DNA from: Amoebophrya sp. A120
Taxonomy: Eukaryota; Protista; Dinoflagellata
Direction of reading: 5' to 3'
Length of the DNA stretch: 64,000 bases
Assembly (NCBI GenBank): GCA_905178155.1
Contig: CAJINV010000007.1
Coordinates: forward strand, 1,062,627 to 1,126,626
The notes beneath the pieces were generated by a model that worked only from the letters and a program-made list of their open reading frames with translations, had not been told where the DNA came from and did no database searches. Shown one piece after another: positions 48,948-60,275 of the stretch (the stretch's first letter is position 1; each line of letters starts with the position of its first letter). A program made the position numbers and the translations under genes.

Positions 48948-50450
48948 CTTAAATGGAGGACTCAGGGCGAAATCAAAATGGAAATGATGTTTTTCTTTTT
49001 TGTCGTTGGAGTTCGGATTATATCGTTTGGTAAAGGTGGCCGAAAAATGAAAAGCATTATGTTATGATCACATGTACGACCACTTTATCTCAGTAGAAGT
49101 TCTACACTCTAATTCTATCAAGGGGTCATATTTAGCACGTGCAAGACTACTTAGTTCAAATTCTACTGAAACAGGAACTGCGGGAGCGAGGTGACAAATC
49201 AATGAATTTAGATGACTTTGACACGCGCGTTGCATTCGATGTCGGACAAGGAGAAGGACCAAGACAATGTCGCATACTTACACAGACACGGATATCATAG
49301 AAATGATTCTATCACGTACTACTAGTACGAAAAGTAACAACCGATAACGCCACTCATCTAGACCACGCGACGCTTGTTGCTCCTGAGAGACGACATGGAC
49401 AGGTCTAACTATCTGACAACAAGTGGCCAAATTATCCTCATAAAAAGACACCGATGAAAGAGAGAAAAACACGGACACTGACATCAACCGCTAGGCTACG
49501 CGACAGAGTTGAAATTGGAAGGAAGCAGGTCCACCGAAGCAGGAACGAATTGCTGTTCTATGTGCCATTTTTACTTCTCGACGCTACCGACGACGGGAAG
49601 AGAGAAACCGAAGCGAAGGAGCTACCGATCATGTGATATCGTACCAGAAAGAATCAAAGCTTAACCTGGTGCCATCAAAACTTCTAAGTACGTCGCATCA
49701 AACCGAATATATTAGTTACTGACAGACGCGAAAGCGAAAAGACCCATAATATGCTTCTTCTTGACGCGGAATAAACTCCTCTAGCATAGAACTACAGGAC
49801 GGTAAACCGATGTGGATCACCATCATAGTAATCTCCGTGAAAGAATGTACTTAAGAACCGACAAACAGAGAGCCAACTACGTGAAAAATAAACGCAGCAG
49901 CAATTTTTTCCGACAGACGGCACTTCTTAGTCCACGAAGTAGATGCAGCTTTGCTTATATACAAGTATGCAACTCTTGTCGCCACAGTTCTTTGATAAAC
50001 GAGAAGCGAGAACATGCATGAAGGAAATAGCGCAGTAACAAACTGCCGGCCGCCCAGGCCCTGCCCAAGCAGGTCGAGAAGACCGCAAGAGCAGGGGCCA
50101 GGCAGGCCAGCAGCGCCAGTAAGATCACAGAAGGCGCGCCCAGCCGAGCCACAACGGTCGCCACCCCGCATCCAGGCAGAGGATGCGAGGGCGGTGGCAG
50201 AAGAGGCATGGCGGGGGGGGGCGGAAAGTTTGTCGTAGTATTTGCATGGCCCACCATCTGCCCCGTGACGCCACAAAGGCCATGGCGGCAGGTGCCTCCC
50301 TGCGAGGAACGCAGCAACGCAAATCCGGCCGCTCTTGTCCCGGCCACGCAGGCGAAGAAGCCTGCCGCGGCCGTCGGAGAGAGGGCGCCGCAACGCGCCC
50401 AGCCCGGGCCCCAAGATCCAACGCGAATGATCCAAAATAGAAACAGGGGG

Positions 50451-50550
50451 NNNNNNNNNNNNNNNNNNNNNNNNNNNNNNNNNNNNNNNNNNNNNNNNNN
50501 NNNNNNNNNNNNNNNNNNNNNNNNNNNNNNNNNNNNNNNNNNNNNNNNNN
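50451..50550. other. Assembly gap (100 N)
   Basis: Run of n. Confidence 1.
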
Positions 50551-52916
50551 GGAAGCGCAGCAGCGAGAGGACCTGCCGCCACACCCATCGGGTCGCCATC
50601 GGTCCGGAGGTGAGATTCCTGACCAATGCGCACTCCCTTCCGTAGCACCTTACCACCGTTGGCGGCAAGAGCTGTCTGGGAAGGAGTTGGCATCTTTTCC
50701 CGAAGGCTTGGCTCCACCTCTTCCAATCCACCGTGCTGCTCTTTCCCGTCGTCTGGCTTGACAACAGGAGGAGCCGCGCCGGTAGTCTGAATGAGTTCCC
50801 CCTTCTTGTCTCTCAAAGAGAGGGACATACGAGCTTCGCGCGCAAAGCTCTTGCGGCCATCCTCTGTCTTGAGGTTGTGTCGCGCAAGAACAATGTCACG
50901 ATGTTCGTCCCGAAGAAGACGGGAAAGGGACATTGTCGGGTAAAGGCGGACTTGATCAAATCGCCGAACAAACGACTCCGTACCGCTTGCCACCAGTTCA
51001 GATTCTAAACCGGCGACAAACGGTCCTGGTCCACCCAGGGGATCAGATGGCGAGCCAGCCGCGAGGGCTGCGCGCCGAAACTGACTCACCCCGTAGTCAC
51101 CATAGGTCTGGTCTTGATCAGCAATTGCCTCCAACCGCTCTGCCTGCGTACTCGGCGGTCGAGGCTCGTACGCGCGAGGCGGAGGCAGCTGGATCGCCTG
51201 CATGACCAAGCCTTTCTTGTTACCCTTTTTGGATCCCGTCGACTGGCTCCGAAGATCCTTGTCCGAGAGTCCTTTCTTGGAACCGCTCTTAGACGAAGGC
51301 GCTTTCGGGCCCTTGCCGTCGACCCCTTTCGGAGCAGAAACAGAAGAGGCCGTGGAACCCTTCTTCCCCTGACCATCCTTGGCCCCGACATTGGACTTGC
51401 CCTTAGGATCGGATTTGCGTTCCGGTTTCCCTTTGGGTTCGCCCTTCCTGTCGGTTTTCCGAGCCTTAGCAGCAGGACTTTCGGAAGACGAGGAAGATGG
51501 GTCACCATCGTCGCTGCCGTCGTCATCTCCCTCACCATCAGGTTCCGGAGGACAACCAGCAGCGGCCTTTTTCTTCTTTTTCTTATTAGCTTTCCATTTA
51601 GCTTTTTTCTGTTTCCGGCGCAGTGCACGCAACTTTTCTGCTGCTTTAACGGTGGTTTTGCTGGATGCCGCCGGAGCCGACACCGATTTCTTGGCGTTCG
51701 GCTTGGCCGGCTTCTTAGCATCCTTGCCCTTGGATTTCACCTCAGGCTTCTCCTCTTTGCCTTTGGATTTCACCTCGGGCTTCTTCTTCTTCTTGTCCTT
51801 CTTCGCCTTCTTCGAAGAAGCGGACACAGGAGCCGAAGAACCACCGTTACTTGGAGCAGGATCGCCAGGAACAGGAGCTGCCTGATTCTCAGCTTCCTGT
51901 TTCTCAGCTTCCTTTCTCTCCCTTTTCCGGGCCCGCTTCTTTGCAGTCCTGCTCATCTTCTTATTCTCAGCTTCCACAGACGCATCCGGAGCCGGAACTG
52001 AAGAATTCGCGGAAGAAGCGGTGGCTCCAGATCCTCCCGGACCAGTCGTGGTGACCGGTACAGCGGTAGATCCGGGAGCCGCCGGAGCAGCAGCCGCAGC
52101 AGCTGCGGATCCTGCCGGACCAGTCGGCGTGACCGTGTCAACAGCAGATCCTGCAACCGCCGATGCGGACGCAGCAGCACCGGTTCCAGCCGGACCAGTC
52201 GTGGTGACCGGTACATCTGCGGACCCGGTGGCTGCCGGCGTAGCAACTGCATTTGCTGGAGCAGAGCTCGCAGCAGCGGAGGATGACGAAGCCGCGGCCT
52301 GAGCAGAGTCTGCCGGAGCATCCCCTTGCTTCGCCTTGGCCTTCGCCCGCTGATTAGCTTTGTTACGCTTGCGCTTCGCGCTTCGCTTCTCAGCCTCCGA
52401 CTTTTTGTCCAACTCATCCTGGGAAGTCCCCGGGGGGTTACCTTCCGCAGGTGCCACTGCGGCGGTTCCTCCAGCCTGCGCTCCGCGGTCCACCGAGGTG
52501 GTCCCGGAGGGGGCCGACCCAGAGGCTGCTACCGTTGTAGCGACACTCCGGGCGGAGGAGGTGCCGAGCGGGCGAGACGAGCTCGCGTCGTCGAACAAAT
52601 CTTGTCCATCCGTGGTCTCCTGATCGACCGGTGCAGGCGGCGGAGCCGCACCTCCTGACGGAACGGACGGTGGTACGATACTTGCTGGCTCGGTGATGAG
52701 GTCCAGCAGACCGTCAACGGAATCCTCCCGCCCGTGATCCACTTCCAGCAACGACACGTTACCAGTCGTGGACTCCGGAGCAGGGGGTTCCCGTTGGTTC
52801 CCTTGTCCAGTCCCCGAGGGAACCGGACTTTGACCCGGGGGGTCGGGCGCCGGGTGCGCCGAGGAAGAGTCGGGACCGTCCGGCGGCTTGCCGGAGGTTC
52901 CGTCCGAACCTCCCAT
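50551..52916 (-). CDS. Intronless A/P/S/K-rich ORF (possible mobile-element ORF1), truncated by assembly gap
   Basis: About 790 open codons from MGGSDG to the N-run, with internal repeats (PVTTTGP, KPEVKSKGK) and K-rich tracts. No introners. Confidence 0.55.
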
Positions 52917-54566
52917 TATTTTTTTGAAAACTACTTTCCAAGAAGAAATTTTGATTGCTTTTAGGTCTCTCAACCACCGCTGTGAGGAAAATTCAAAGAG
53001 AAAAGGCAATGCTGAATGTCGAAATCAGGAAACAAAACAGAATTTAGTTCTGAGATCTAGATTTCAATTTCAATTTGTGGAATGAGATCTAGATTTTTGA
53101 AAGTGGAAAAATGGATCACATGTGAGTCGCGTGAGATCTTTGTGGGCAGAGATGGAATTTCAATTTCAGATCAAGGAGGCCACTACCGAAGTAGCGACCC
53201 CGGAACAGCCCCCAATTTGAGTATTTCGCGGGAGACGCCTCGGGGAGAACCTATAGCCGAATAGGCCAGGTAATCCCCAAGAGTCTCGGCACACGGCCAT
53301 CAGGATCCTATTTGCATTTCCATTTGATTCCTTCGGAGATCATAGATTCTGATCGCAGTACCTCGATGGATACAGGATAGATCCCAGATCTGACGAATTC
53401 CTCATTCTACGTGCCGTGCCCGGTCCCCGGTCCAATCGTCACCACACAAGGTGGGCCTGATCGGACCAGGACCAGCGGGTCACGGTCGTCTGGGAAAAAC
53501 AAAAACAAAAACCAGGTCCTCGTGCGCACGAGTCCACGAGAACGTGGACCTTCGCGACGCACTCGGACTGAGTCTTCGTTTGCTGGACGGATCCGATCCG
53601 TCCGGCGCGAAGCGCGGACGGTCCAGTTCCATCAAACGCTGAGCCCGGCAACCGGGCGTCTACGATCCGTAGACAGCCTGGCACGCAGTGCCAGCATCCT
53701 GTGTCTGGGGCCAAGCCGTCCAGCGCGAACGCACGGACAGCTCAGCACCGTCAACTAGACGCTGAGCGCCGCCTCCAGGGCATCTACGATCCGTAGATCG
53801 CCTAGCACGCTAGGCCAACGTGGAAGTTGTGTGCTTTCGGTCCAGGATCCGTGCGCGTGAACGCCGGTTCCCGTTCCAGGGCACGAAAGGTGCATGCAAC
53901 CGCATGCTCGTACACAGGGATCCAAGCACACGAGCGTGTACTCGGACCACCCGTGGGAGGGTACGCGCAGACAGCGGTCCCGACGCACGAGACGTGCGAG
54001 ACCGGAGTCCGTGCGTGGCGGAGGGAAGGGCCACACGGCTGAGGACCGGTTGCCCGACCCAGGGGATCGAAAGGCAAGAGGGGTATGGGAGTGCAGGGTG
54101 GTCGGGAGCCTTGGACCACCAACAAGGCGCAGGTCATTTTCCTCGGACCTAGCGATACGAGCGTCACTGCCCCTCTCACGCAGTGACGGATCCCAGCCTA
54201 CCTGGCGAGTGAGCCCCGAAGGGCCACAAGCCGTCTTCAACGACCCCGGACGGTCCCGAAGGACATCACGGACAAGCCGAAGCGCTGAGTCTCGAACCGG
54301 GGCGCCACCGTAATAGCGGTGACGCCTCCCTGCCTGGACCAACCCGAAGTCGTAGCGGATGGTCACGCGACAGAGAGTCAGCTGCCACTCCGGACGAGTA
54401 TCCCCAAGGGGACACATCGCCACAGAGGCCCGGCACAGCCGACGACTTTCCGGGGGACAACTGAACCGGTGAGGCCAGGTCCCGTCGGGAAGCAGGGTAG
54501 AAACCGATGTAGTTTCCAGCCATCAACAAACAGTTACCGATCTGGTGTTCCATAACGGGGAATTGT

Positions 54567-54634
54567 TAACAACGAACCGGACAAGTCCGGACGAAAACAA
54601 TAACAACGAACCGGACAAGTCCGGACGAAAACAA
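54567..54634. repeat. Perfect 34-bp tandem duplication containing the inverted repeat CCGGAC-AA-GTCCGG
   Basis: taacaacgaaccggacaagtccggacgaaaacaa x2. Confidence 0.95.
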
Positions 54635-56169
54635 GGATCGATACACCGACTGGCCACGGCAGGAGGCGACCCTCCTGCCGTTGCCGGCAAGTGAGTCAAA
54701 CCTTCCCCCGTGGATCACTAGAGCTAACTGGAGCCAAGGCTCCCCGCATCGACGGGCTGCATCACGTTCTGGTTGTCATGCCCTCCAAGACGTCGGACTG
54801 AAGGACTAGGACACGCACTTGCGGGTCAGGCGGACGACCCGGTACCTAATGTTTGGGTTATTTTATATCCGTGAAGCCCCAGCCAACGCTTCCACGGCGT
54901 CGTGCCCTCCAACATACGGCACGCCCGAAAAAGGAAATGTATCTACCTATCGCAACAAGAAAAACACAAGAAGATAACAAAAATCCCTCTCAGATTGATT
55001 AAGAAACCTAATTTGACTTGCTCCATGGCTGGACTCGGAGTGCCACGCGCGTCCATGAACCAGTGCTCGCCACAACTCGCAAAGGCGAGTTGTGGCGTGT
55101 CCTGATTCCAAAGACACAGACCGCGACCTGCTCTGGGTCAGCACATCAAAGGTTATCATCATGATGAGGGAAACTGCTGCTACGCAGCCAGCAATTCTAG
55201 ATTGCTGCTGCGCTGGCCGCAGCCACTGCGAGCCTGAAAGCCAGGCTCAAACAGTGACTCGCAGCCAGGGCAGATACAAATCCGCTGCGCGGGGGAAGTA
55301 GGATGTTCCTCTAGGTCTGGTGCCAGCCTGTTGGTCTTCCTATCCGTGCCGCAGAAACTGCAGCCCGGTCTGGAAGCCGAAGCGTGTCTCATCCTCGGAA
55401 CAATCCTTCTTCCGCCTCCGCGGGCAGGCAGCAAGATGCAACACATCAGACTACAGCTCCAATATTTTGAGTCTTCCTCGTCCCTAACGCCATGAAGGCC
55501 TCGGGACTCGGAATAGCGTATATTTTTGCTGGTCATCCTTGTGTTGCACCTCGCCGCCCGCTTACGGGCAGCTGAGGATCGATGGAACTGACGTTCCTGG
55601 CGTCTCCAGCAGCTCGTCAACGCGGATCCGCTTGCGCGGACCGCGGACTCGCTGCGGAGTTCCAAGGAACCAGTTTCCAGGCTGTGCTTCAGTCTGCAAC
55701 AGAGCCTCGGACTCCGCCTGTCACGTCGCCGCGGCCGCCGAAAGGCAGCCTGCGGGACGGACGGCAGAATTCGAAGTTCTGGAGACCGTGCAGCAGCTCG
55801 CGTCCAGGATGGACAGTGAGCTTCTGCATCGCAACAAAGGTGAGAGCTCCACACCTACCCGTGGGTGAACCACGGGACCGGATAAGAACTGCTCGACCAG
55901 CTGTTCCACGTTCCTTCCGGGCCCAGCAGCGCGGATCCACCGAGGTGGACCACGCGCGCGGACCTGAAAGTACTTGTAGAACGGCTGGTGCGCAGCCTCC
56001 TCGACCAGCCGTTCCGCGTTCCCCTCGGTCCCGTCGACACAAGCTCACCGAAGCAAGCCTGCGGACAGGACCAAAGGTACTAGCAGCTACAGCTAGTCTC
56101 GGAGGGCGCGGACGTCTTCTTGCGCAGCAGGGGCGCCCAACACCCTGCTGCGGACCACGGAGGGACCAG

Positions 56170-56790
56170 TGTTCTCACTGGAGTCCAGCAACCGAGGTTG
56201 CCGGACTACCAGGAGTCTACCGGTCCCGTGCCCGTGGCACGGGATCTGCACTGCTTTTTGCAGGTTTACCAGTTCACCACGGTCCAACGGCGAACCGTCG
56301 GACCATGGGAACCAGTGACTTCTGCATTTGCAGCACAGAATGTTGCTTCTGCAGGTCTGCGGCTCGCCACAGCCCAACGGCAAAAGCCGTCGGACAGTGG
56401 GATCCTGCAGGCCGCGCTTCTGCAACAAGAGCTGCTGCTTCCACGGGTCCGCAGCTCACCGAGGTCCAACAGCAAAAGCTGTCGGACGACGGGAGCCGGT
56501 AGACCGCGCTTCCGCGACAAGCGATGCTGCTTCCGCAGATCCGCGGCTCACCGGAGTCCAACAGCAAACGCTGTCGGACAACGGGAGCCTGCAGACCGTG
56601 CTTCTGCAGCAGGAGATGCTGCTTCCACAGATCCGCGGCTCACCGGAGTCCAACAGCAAACGCTGTCGGACAACGGGAGCCTGCAGATCATGCTTCTGCA
56701 GCCCTCGGTGCTGCTTCTGCGGGTCCACTTGCTCAACCGGAGTCCAACGGCAAGTGCCGTCGGACAACGGGAGCTCGTGGACCGCGCAGC
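56170..56790. repeat. Tandem array of about 7 units of ~92 bp
   Basis: cYgtcggac anchor at 56295, 56387, 56479, 56571, 56663 (92-bp period) and 56757; degenerate unit near 56198. Confidence 0.9.
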
Positions 56791-57695
56791 CGCGGCACGA
56801 GGAAGTTGGTCGTCTTTGTTTACCCCGCGGGGGCGACCAACGCCCGCGGGGTTTTCCCATGACCGGACAGGCTTCTGACCGAGGTCAGAAGCCCCTTCCG
56901 GGCTAGGCCGAAGCCCAGCACCGAAAGCCTGCTTGACCCTCCGCAGCCTGCTGCCGCAGGCGCGTCGGGCAAGCCTGGTCCTGGCGTAGGCCACACCTGT
57001 ATAGCTACACGTGTTCGTCGTTACCTGGAACACCTACGACAGACTCAGCCGACACAGGTCATAGCCGAAGCGTTACCGCAACAAGCTGCTGACCAACAGC
57101 CGGGAATCAATGTAGGGCTCGCAACAAAACGAGCGTGCCAAACACTTTATGCGCTTGAACCTAACCGATACCGTCGAGCGTAGTGCGCTGCGGGAAGCGA
57201 CTACAAGCAAAGAAAGACGGTGGACACTTCTTGAACGCTTGAGCCAGGAAAGGTGCCTAAACTCTAGCAAAATGCCCAGGGGCACTTTCCTGGCACGGGA
57301 CGAAATGACCTGTGCTTTTGTCGAGCATGCTGGGAATGCCGTCGATGATCCACGGCGAGCCATCACTGCTTGCGGAGGCGACAGAGCGTGCAGGGGAGTA
57401 AGGCTGAGACGGCCATCGACCATTATTCTGCTCGAGTATCTCGTCTTCGCTTGGGCGCCCACCGCGCCGCGGGGACGCGTCCGCGAATCCCATTGTACTA
57501 AAAGTTTGAAAGGAATAGAGACACGCGCGCCAACGAAGGAAGACGAAGCGCGACCACGCGAACGCAAGAACAAATCTCCGAGGCAGTCGCATGCCGCCAC
57601 CCGCAGGTGAATGAGTTTTCTTTTTCACGGCGTCAAAAAAATACTCGTTAAAAAATCCGGTTCCGTGATTGAAAAAATACAGCGTAGTCATGAGC

Positions 57696-59828
57696 TTACA
57701 CTAACTTGTTGTAGATTTCAGGAAAACAGTTCGGTGTGATCGATCTGTTTTTGATTCCTTCAGCGATCACAGGCGCATTCACCTCGACCGCTTCTTTGTC
57801 GAAAAAAGAAGCGTTAAGCTTCTTGGACTCTGTGTACAACTTGTCCAGCTTCCCGGCCGCGTTTTTTGGTAGCTGCCAAATCCTGTTCAACTCGACTAGC
57901 ACCGAGATCTGTGCGGACCGTTTCGCTGCGTTGTTCGTGAATTCATTCACAAGACTAAAAAGGTGATTATGTTTGATAGGGGCGTAGGTTCCGTCGAGGC
58001 ACAAGCTGTTGCGCCAGCCTCCTTGTGCGAATGCAACTTCGCCACGGGGATCGCTGTCGCGCAGGAATTGCGCACCCGAGTGTCTGAGCGACACCGAGCC
58101 GTTGAACGGCTTTCCGCCGCGAGCAGCGACAAACTGCTCCTTCACGTGGTTCCGGACGAAATCTTTGCTGATTTGCTTCCCCCGAGTTTTCGCATTGTTC
58201 GTTCCGATTACGAAGAAAAACGGGTGTGATGGTTCCGCAAAGACGTTCCTGGTGTGGTGGGCGATGAAAGCCGCGGCCCACTTTCTCCACAGAGTGAGGA
58301 TTGGGGTTACTAGGACAGGGAGGACGCAGAAGGACTGCCGCCCGAATCTGTCGTTCTTGGCGAAGCGTGTCCGCAACTCGTAATAGTAGCCAGCGTCGGA
58401 TTTGTGGATTTTCACGTCACCGTACTGGATGTCGCGGATTTCCGCGTTCCGCCTGACTCCGAAGAAGCCCGTCACGATGATGCAGGCATTCTGGAGCGCG
58501 ATGGCTGCTTTCAGCTTTGCAGTTACCGCTTCAGCTTGTCTTCCGATTTTCGCCGATCCAGCAGGAAGTCCGAAATCATCAGCGGGGGAAAACGCCGGTG
58601 GGAGGTGACTATCCCAGTCGATGTGGCTGTATTCCTTCTTGAAGTTGCGAAAAGCCTGCTGCACGGCCAACATGACGTGTTCGAATTTCAGCGGGATTTT
58701 CCTGGATGTTGGGGCGTGGAAACTGCTGTTTTTGAATGCACGCCAGATCCGGTAAAAGAATAGTGTCTTGTCCGAAAGACTGTACCCCTGCAGATCGGGG
58801 CGCGTGCTGTTATACGCGTTGATCGCCGCTTGGAGGGTTTGGAATGAACCCCAGCGGATCTTTCCGTCTACCAGTCTGTCCTTGTGGTTTGTCTTCATCA
58901 CATTTTGGTAGATGCAGAGGAAGGCGATTGCTTGCTTTTCCGACTGGATCGGCCAGATTACTTTCCCTGCTGCGAGACAGACTTCCGGAACGACCGTGTT
59001 CAAAACTGATTGGTAAGTTTTTGCTGTTGATTCTGCGATTGATTTTGCGCTAAAATCGATTAACTGAATAGAGATTAGTTCCTTGACGTCGTCGCTGAGC
59101 GGGAGTTCGTCGAAATAATCCGATGCCCGTGGAAATAATTCCAGGTCGAGTACAGTTACACCAGGTGCGTAGTGGTCCCACATCTTCGCCGCGGCGTACA
59201 CTCGCGCTTGGTTCGCGAGTGAAAGATCATTTGTGAGGATTTGCGACAGCTGGTTGGTGAGGTCTATGTCCGTTTCGGACAAGGAATTCTCGTCAGCCGT
59301 CGTGAAGTTGTATTCGTCGTTTTCATCATCCGAAACCCACTCGTCGACCTGCGCTGCGGCTGTCGCTGTGCTTGTGATCGACGTGCTGCAGCCGACCGGG
59401 GCCTGTAAGCTCGCGCTGCTGGTAGCGCTACTACTACTGGCGATGGCTGGGTTGAAGGGGGGCGATTCCTTTATTGCGGAGATTAGCACCTCCGTTTCCT
59501 CGTCAATGGAGGGAAGTGGTTCTTTTTTGGACTTTTTCGCGACTGGGCCTAAGGCCGGAGCGGCTACCGATGCTGCTGCCGTGGTGCTGTTCTGCTCCGA
59601 GTCCGGAAAATCGACTATAATTCCTGACGTATCAACAGCGTCGATTAAATGCACTGTTTGTGCAGACACAACGGCAGGCGCGACCGCAGCGGGGGGTGCA
59701 GACGCCGCCTTTTTTGCCTCGGCTGCTGCTTTGGCTTTGATTATAGCGAACGCTCTCGCGCGTTCGGCGGGTGTCGAAGGGAGTAACCGCTGTTCGGCGC
59801 CGCGGAGCGCGCTGGAAAGGCTGCTCAT
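57696..59828 (-). CDS. Tyrosine recombinase, DIRS/Crypton-like
   Basis: SAM-like AESTAKTYQS...QAAINAY; catalytic FFGVRRNAE (R), FAKND (K), VSLRHSGA (R), QGGW, DGTY (Y). Likely ATG 59828. Confidence 0.88.
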   Translation of the reverse strand: MSSLSSALRGAEQRLLPSTPAERARAFAIIKAKAAAEAKKAASAPPAAVAPAVVSAQTVHLIDAVDTSGIIVDFPDSEQNSTTAAASVAAPALGPVAKKSKKEPLPSIDEETEVLISAIKESPPFNPAIASSSSATSSASLQAPVGCSTSITSTATAAAQVDEWVSDDENDEYNFTTADENSLSETDIDLTNQLSQILTNDLSLANQARVYAAAKMWDHYAPGVTVLDLELFPRASDYFDELPLSDDVKELISIQLIDFSAKSIAESTAKTYQSVLNTVVPEVCLAAGKVIWPIQSEKQAIAFLCIYQNVMKTNHKDRLVDGKIRWGSFQTLQAAINAYNSTRPDLQGYSLSDKTLFFYRIWRAFKNSSFHAPTSRKIPLKFEHVMLAVQQAFRNFKKEYSHIDWDSHLPPAFSPADDFGLPAGSAKIGRQAEAVTAKLKAAIALQNACIIVTGFFGVRRNAEIRDIQYGDVKIHKSDAGYYYELRTRFAKNDRFGRQSFCVLPVLVTPILTLWRKWAAAFIAHHTRNVFAEPSHPFFFVIGTNNAKTRGKQISKDFVRNHVKEQFVAARGGKPFNGSVSLRHSGAQFLRDSDPRGEVAFAQGGWRNSLCLDGTYAPIKHNHLFSLVNEFTNNAAKRSAQISVLVELNRIWQLPKNAAGKLDKLYTESKKLNASFFDKEAVEVNAPVIAEGIKNRSITPNCFPEIYNKLV

Positions 59829-60275
59829 CCTAAAGCGACATCTATCAGAGCTACGGCGAAAGCTAACTGGCTGAGCAGTGCAATTTGCGAAATAAACGAA
59901 AAACAAACGGTTTTGCTCTCACGCTGTCCCCTCGCCCAATTTGCACTCGCTCGGACACTCGCTCTCTCAAACGCTCTGATGATGCCGCTGGGATAGGAAA
60001 GTCGAACAAAGGACGAGCAGGACTAGGTTAGCACGAGCATGTCGGTGCGTGCGAGTATGCGAAGTTATTGGTTGTTTTTTGCAGCGAATGAGGTTTTCAT
60101 GCTTTCTATTTTAGAAAGAAGTGAAGGAAACAAATTATAATGTTGAGTTTCGCGATAAACTGATCGAAGTGTACCTGGCCACCAGGAGGATTTAATGTTT
60201 GTCTAAGCTTGGTAGACTATGTGAAAGTGGCTAATGTACGAATAGGATGTATTCACGAATATGCGATAAGCGCGA

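Noticed and set aside
49851-53009. 1052-aa ORF as one protein
   Set aside because: It reads through a 100-N gap of unknown true length, so the part left of the gap cannot be joined.
54543-54565. TGGTGTTCCATAACGGGGAATTG as a tRNA primer-binding site after an LTR
   Set aside because: T-loop spacing is off by about 2 nt, there is no preceding CA end, and no second LTR was found.
56170-56790. CRISPR array
   Set aside because: Whole units are homologous with no unique spacers, no cas genes, and the context is eukaryotic.
57696-59828. The YR as the enzyme that mobilises the introners
   Set aside because: TIRs with 5-bp TSDs of arbitrary sequence point to a DDE-type transposase; nothing in the sequence links the two.
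59976-60003. CTGATGA...GAAA hammerhead ribozyme core
   Set aside because: No convincing stem II or flanking stems.
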